Below, in pieces: positions 60,312 through 64,000 of a stretch of DNA of 64,000 bases. Position 1 is the first letter of the stretch. Every line of letters begins with the position of its first letter. The stretch spans positions 39,583-103,582 of the forward strand of contig LRSL01000013.1 in assembly GCA_001563335.1 (NCBI GenBank), read 5' to 3'. Below the pieces are notes generated by a model, which worked only from the letters and a program-made list of their open reading frames with translations, searched no databases and was not told the DNA's origin. Source of the stretch: Candidatus Thorarchaeota archaeon SMTZ1-45. GTDB lineage: Archaea > Asgardarchaeota > Thorarchaeia > Thorarchaeales > Thorarchaeaceae. The translations under genes and the position numbers were made by a program.

Positions 60312-61145
60312 TCACAAATCTGATGCTATCTCGTCATCTTTGGCTTTTTCAGGCTCGCCAGTTTCGTACCTTGAGAAAAGCATTCTCTTTGCAGAGGCAA
60401 TAGTTTTGGGGCCAATCCCAGGAATCTGTCCCCATTCATCAGTTTGGAGAATGACTTCTTGTGGTGACCCAAACCGTTCAAGCAGACTCTTAGCACGAAC
60501 GACATTTACTCCAGGAAAACCCGCGATGAAGAACTCTTGTTCATCATTCATAGAGTCAAGTCCTTTCCTTGTTCTAATAACAGGCAATCTCTGACCCGTC
60601 TGTCCTCTTTTCTCATCTTCCCCAATGAGGATTCCATAAAGGAGACCCGCTGAGTGAAGTGCATTAAATCCTTTAATCACTTCGATGCCTCTTTCACTTA
60701 TACTCTCAATTAAGGCATCCAGAGAACTTGGATGAATATAGCTCACACGTTCCATCGTGACAAGGTATGGCTTTCCCTTTGTTTGTTTAGTAGAGAATGG
60801 AATATAGATACAACCCTTCAAAGGATCCCTTCTAATTGAAAGAATATTCTCTATCAAAACATAGGGTTTATCATACTCAAGCAAGGCTTCTAGCTGTTTT
60901 GTAAGCCTTGGTACGCCAGCAGCGCTGCCTTTTAACGAATTCACCAAATCATTTACAGTCTTTCTTTCAATCGCAATACCATCAAGACCAAGAATGTCTC
61001 CGATTGGTATTTTCTGAACTGAGTAAGTAATCTGCTCTTTGTCTAACATCGACATAAGATGTTTTACAGCGTTCTTCCCCTTGCCACCAGTTTCATGTAC
61101 GTCAATGACAATCTCTGGCACGTTTCCAAAAAGATCTGATTGCAT
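60312..61145 (-). CDS. xpf: Short XPF/ERCC4 nuclease with (HhH)2
   Basis: IDVHE, GD..IERKTVND nuclease motif and IPGIGPKT HhH. Confidence 0.85.
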   Translation of the reverse strand: MQSDLFGNVPEIVIDVHETGGKGKNAVKHLMSMLDKEQITYSVQKIPIGDILGLDGIAIERKTVNDLVNSLKGSAAGVPRLTKQLEALLEYDKPYVLIENILSIRRDPLKGCIYIPFSTKQTKGKPYLVTMERVSYIHPSSLDALIESISERGIEVIKGFNALHSAGLLYGILIGEDEKRGQTGQRLPVIRTRKGLDSMNDEQEFFIAGFPGVNVVRAKSLLERFGSPQEVILQTDEWGQIPGIGPKTIASAKRMLFSRYETGEPEKAKDDEIASDL

Positions 61146-61147
61146 TA

Positions 61148-61786
61148 TTAGTCCTCATTAAAGAGTGTCATGACTGCTGCCATCGAAACCTCTCTTGCTA
61201 AATTTGGTTCATCAGCAGAACCTATCACAATTACATCATTATTTTCAGGTCGCAAACTCTCAATTATTAGAAGTGTTTCAGACTCATACGCCATTAGAAT
61301 ATGAAAGTCATCTGGGGGCATGACCAAGCGTATGTTCTTTTGGATAAGTGTTGTTGCTCCAGCTTTTCCATATCCTCCCTGAATGATTGCTTCATCTCTT
61401 TGTCGGACACCGTCTTTTACCATTGAAGCCTTATTCTTGACTAGATTGGCATAGGCATATTCATACATCACAAGTTGCCCAACATCTAACAATAACCCAC
61501 TGGGGACATCACGAGAAACCTCATTGAACAATCTCTGTCCTTTTACAGTCAATCTTTGTCCTTGCTTTCCTTCTGGTTCAATGTAATCGGCCTCAGTGAG
61601 CCGTTTCAAAAGAGTTCTTACACTACCCTCCCCAATCGACATTTTTTCACAGAGTTCGTATCTACCAAGAGGTTGTTCTCTGCCTATCATAATCAACCCC
61701 ACAGCTGCATGATGAGGTTTGAAAACTGGAGCAACACGACCATCCGCAGGTTCAGAGAGTCTGATGAACTCATCTTTCCACGTCAT
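61148..61786 (-). CDS. wHTH protein, DUF4443/DUF2111-like
   Basis: GRYEL..IGEGSVRTLL..DGVRQRDEAI..GATT. Confidence 0.75.
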   Translation of the reverse strand: MTWKDEFIRLSEPADGRVAPVFKPHHAAVGLIMIGREQPLGRYELCEKMSIGEGSVRTLLKRLTEADYIEPEGKQGQRLTVKGQRLFNEVSRDVPSGLLLDVGQLVMYEYAYANLVKNKASMVKDGVRQRDEAIIQGGYGKAGATTLIQKNIRLVMPPDDFHILMAYESETLLIIESLRPENNDVIVIGSADEPNLAREVSMAAVMTLFNED

Positions 61787-61787
61787 A

Positions 61788-62390
61788 CTATACACTCTCC
61801 AACATCTCAACTTTTACTTTTGATTCAGAACTCCAGATAAGGTCTTTGAGCTGTTTCTTTAGTGCTATATCTAGCATTGGCACCACCTGTGAGAAAATCA
61901 CTGCATTTGATAGGATATGAATAATGGAGAATGGAATTGCAGCTGTTATAGCTATTAGGAAAGGAATCCCAAAAGTAACTGCATATCCAAGGTTAGTAAT
62001 TTGTTCGAATATGAATGTGACAAACGCGCCAGTGATGACCAATTCCCATTTTTTTGGTTCAAGACGTTTCCCATCTGGTCCTCGTTTTCCCATTATTGTT
62101 CCAATTGTTATAATGTAGAACCAACCTATGACTTGGGATGCCCAAATCTGTGGGATGAATCCACCCCAGGGGTTGATTAAACCAAAAAGCAGAGACATGA
62201 TTAGAGTCGACCAAACTGCCATTTGTGCACCAAATATGTATGCTGTGACAAACAAAACTGTTGATCCTAACTCTAAGTTTGGTATCGCCACTAACGCATA
62301 GTTTCCAACCAATGCTAATGCTGTCATGATGGCTGTTATTGAAACCCATCTACTATCGCTTATTCTTCTGCGTGAAGATTGGATTTCCAT
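61788..62390 (-). CDS. ECF transporter S component (possibly cobalamin)
   Basis: AIMTALA..IPNLEL..HILSNA, about six TM helices. Confidence 0.8.
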   Translation of the reverse strand: MEIQSSRRRISDSRWVSITAIMTALALVGNYALVAIPNLELGSTVLFVTAYIFGAQMAVWSTLIMSLLFGLINPWGGFIPQIWASQVIGWFYIITIGTIMGKRGPDGKRLEPKKWELVITGAFVTFIFEQITNLGYAVTFGIPFLIAITAAIPFSIIHILSNAVIFSQVVPMLDIALKKQLKDLIWSSESKVKVEMLESV

Positions 62391-62396
62391 TTTTCT

Positions 62397-63122
62397 TCAC
62401 CTGGCTCTAGTTCGGCGATTCCATTGTACATATACTATCACTATTGCAACGAGTGCTCCCGCACCAATAAATCCGATTACTAGAATCATTGAAACTGGAC
62501 GGTTTATCTCTTGTAGCGCAATTACGAGTCTATACACACTGCCAAATGTAACCATGGTTTCAGCCCTTACAAGAACACCAGTTTCCAATGAATAGACTAA
62601 GTGTGTAATTTGTGTGCCAGGGGGGTCCTGATAATAGTGGAACTCAATACATTCTTGGGTTGTCTGACCAATATCGTAGTTTGCATAAAGGGAGTCTATT
62701 GTTCCGTTCATCCAGTTCCCTGCAACCCTCTCTGCAGCAGCGTATGCGGATGCATTCAGACTATCGATGTTTTCTTGCCCCACCTCTACAAATAACCCAG
62801 TCAGCCAAGCTGGCCATATCCCTAAGGTCAGATCGAGTGCAACTACTGTATCATTTGCTGCAACAGTAACGTTTCCAAGGTACAATGAACCATAAACATC
62901 CTCATTAACATGGGATATATCATAAATCATCTCACTCTCATTCTCCACAACACAATACCCTCCACCAGAGTACCACATTGTGAAGTTAGTTCCTACACTG
63001 ACTTCCCAAGTTACTCTAGTACCAGGTGCAACAAAAGAACTGTAGTCATTTGTCTGAGCTTCAACACCTGCTGGGAATATGAACAATGTAATTACTAGCA
63101 AAAGGGTGATTTTTTGTTTCAT
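62397..63122 (-). CDS. Secreted protein with C-terminal membrane anchor
   Basis: Signal peptide, beta-rich body, C-terminal TM plus basic tail. Confidence 0.75.
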   Translation of the reverse strand: MKQKITLLLVITLFIFPAGVEAQTNDYSSFVAPGTRVTWEVSVGTNFTMWYSGGGYCVVENESEMIYDISHVNEDVYGSLYLGNVTVAANDTVVALDLTLGIWPAWLTGLFVEVGQENIDSLNASAYAAAERVAGNWMNGTIDSLYANYDIGQTTQECIEFHYYQDPPGTQITHLVYSLETGVLVRAETMVTFGSVYRLVIALQEINRPVSMILVIGFIGAGALVAIVIVYVQWNRRTRAR

Positions 63123-63123
63123 C

Positions 63124-63627
63124 CTATAGTATTCTCCTTGAGGTTTGTATGTAGACTATGACAATGAAACCTATGCCTGAAATTAATACAAAGACTACAC
63201 CAGGAATGAATGTTGGATCATACTCAGATTTGAGTTCAGGTCTTGTGTATTTCCACAGCAAGACATCATTATCTTGGAGTGTGTATAAGTTAACTGCAAT
63301 CGATGCAAATTCACCATTCACCCAATACTCCCAACCTTCTGCTCCTTCACCAACCAGTCCTTCAATTCCTCTAATATACGCAAGTGGACCATACCAATTA
63401 ACCTCTACATTAAGAACTGATGAGGTGACATCAAGAACCGTGGATCCGTTGAGGTTCTGATAGTTTCTGATGGTTCCATTACCAAAGTCTATCGTGAGTG
63501 TGATTCCCTTAGCTGAAGTAATTGCTCCCGAGTTACTCTGTGCATGAACTATGCTGGACAGACTCGTTACTACTAACAGAACTATTCCTATTGATATGAG
63601 AACTTCTCTCCTGATCAGGATTTTCAC
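63124..63627 (-). CDS. DUF4430 (transcobalamin-like) membrane-anchored protein
   Basis: IDFGNG, TVLD, YIRGIEG..WEYWVNG..Y.LQDND..WKY. Confidence 0.82.
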   Translation of the reverse strand: MKILIRREVLISIGIVLLVVTSLSSIVHAQSNSGAITSAKGITLTIDFGNGTIRNYQNLNGSTVLDVTSSVLNVEVNWYGPLAYIRGIEGLVGEGAEGWEYWVNGEFASIAVNLYTLQDNDVLLWKYTRPELKSEYDPTFIPGVVFVLISGIGFIVIVYIQTSRRIL

Positions 63628-63782
63628 ACTCTAGGATAGGTTAACCTGTCCTACAATATTCGACATTTAAACTTTCTTTTCCTTAAACCAACCGAAGCAT
63701 CTAATACGAGTTCGAGTTTGAGAAAACTAGTTCGTAATTTAGGAGAACTCCTGCTTGACTGATATAACTCAAAAGGAATACA

Positions 63783-64000
63783 ATGGCTTTCTATTCGTTC
63801 TTGAGGGAATCGATGGTTCGGGAAAGACCTGTGCCTGTAAAGAGTTGAAAAAGAAATTAGAGTCAGTTGGTTATGACGTGGTTTATCTTAGAGAACCAAC
63901 AAGCGAGAGTCCTTGGGGAAAAGAGATGAGGGAGAGGTCTCCAAGTGGAGAACTAACACCAGAGGAGGAACTTGAGCTATTCATCAGAGACCGTGAATGG
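63783..64000 (+). CDS. tmk: Thymidylate kinase (runs off window edge)
   Basis: Not in ORF track. Manual translation gives MAFLFVLEGIDGSGKT..LREPT..LFIRDR. Confidence 0.9.

Overview
Gene-dense archaeal chromosomal window. An Asgard archaeon, most likely Thorarchaeota, is inferred from a Rab-like GTPase, Bet3/TRAPP-like and roadblock-like proteins, SNAP/PCI-like solenoids, eL13, eS26, class I LysRS and aIF5A. All calls are by eye from sequence motifs; no database searches were run. 1-12 kb: Wood-Ljungdahl/redox cluster (cdhC partial, cdhB, cdhA, cooC, a Cys-less fwdB-like gene, fwdG/F/D-like genes, an hdrA-mvhD fusion, DUF166, DUF3786). 14-17.6 kb: nikR divergent from a nikMNQO-type ECF operon, with a clear candidate operator, then tRNA-Leu(CAG). 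17.7-32 kb: housekeeping and metabolic genes. 32.25-34.56 kb: a small accessory island of five related direct repeats separating short gene cassettes, lying between a DUF72 gene and the rpl13e promoter. 36-41 kb: two paralogous [roadblock/longin-like + double wHTH]-[Bet3/V4R] gene pairs, two paralogous membrane proteins and a third V4R gene. 54-58 kb: CdrS-like RHH, minimal FtsX/FtsE-like ABC genes and a SNAP-PCI gene, divergent from a Rab-like GTPase. The window ends with ino1, xpf, a probable cobalamin ECF module and partial tmk. No rRNA, CRISPR array, transposase or integrase was seen.
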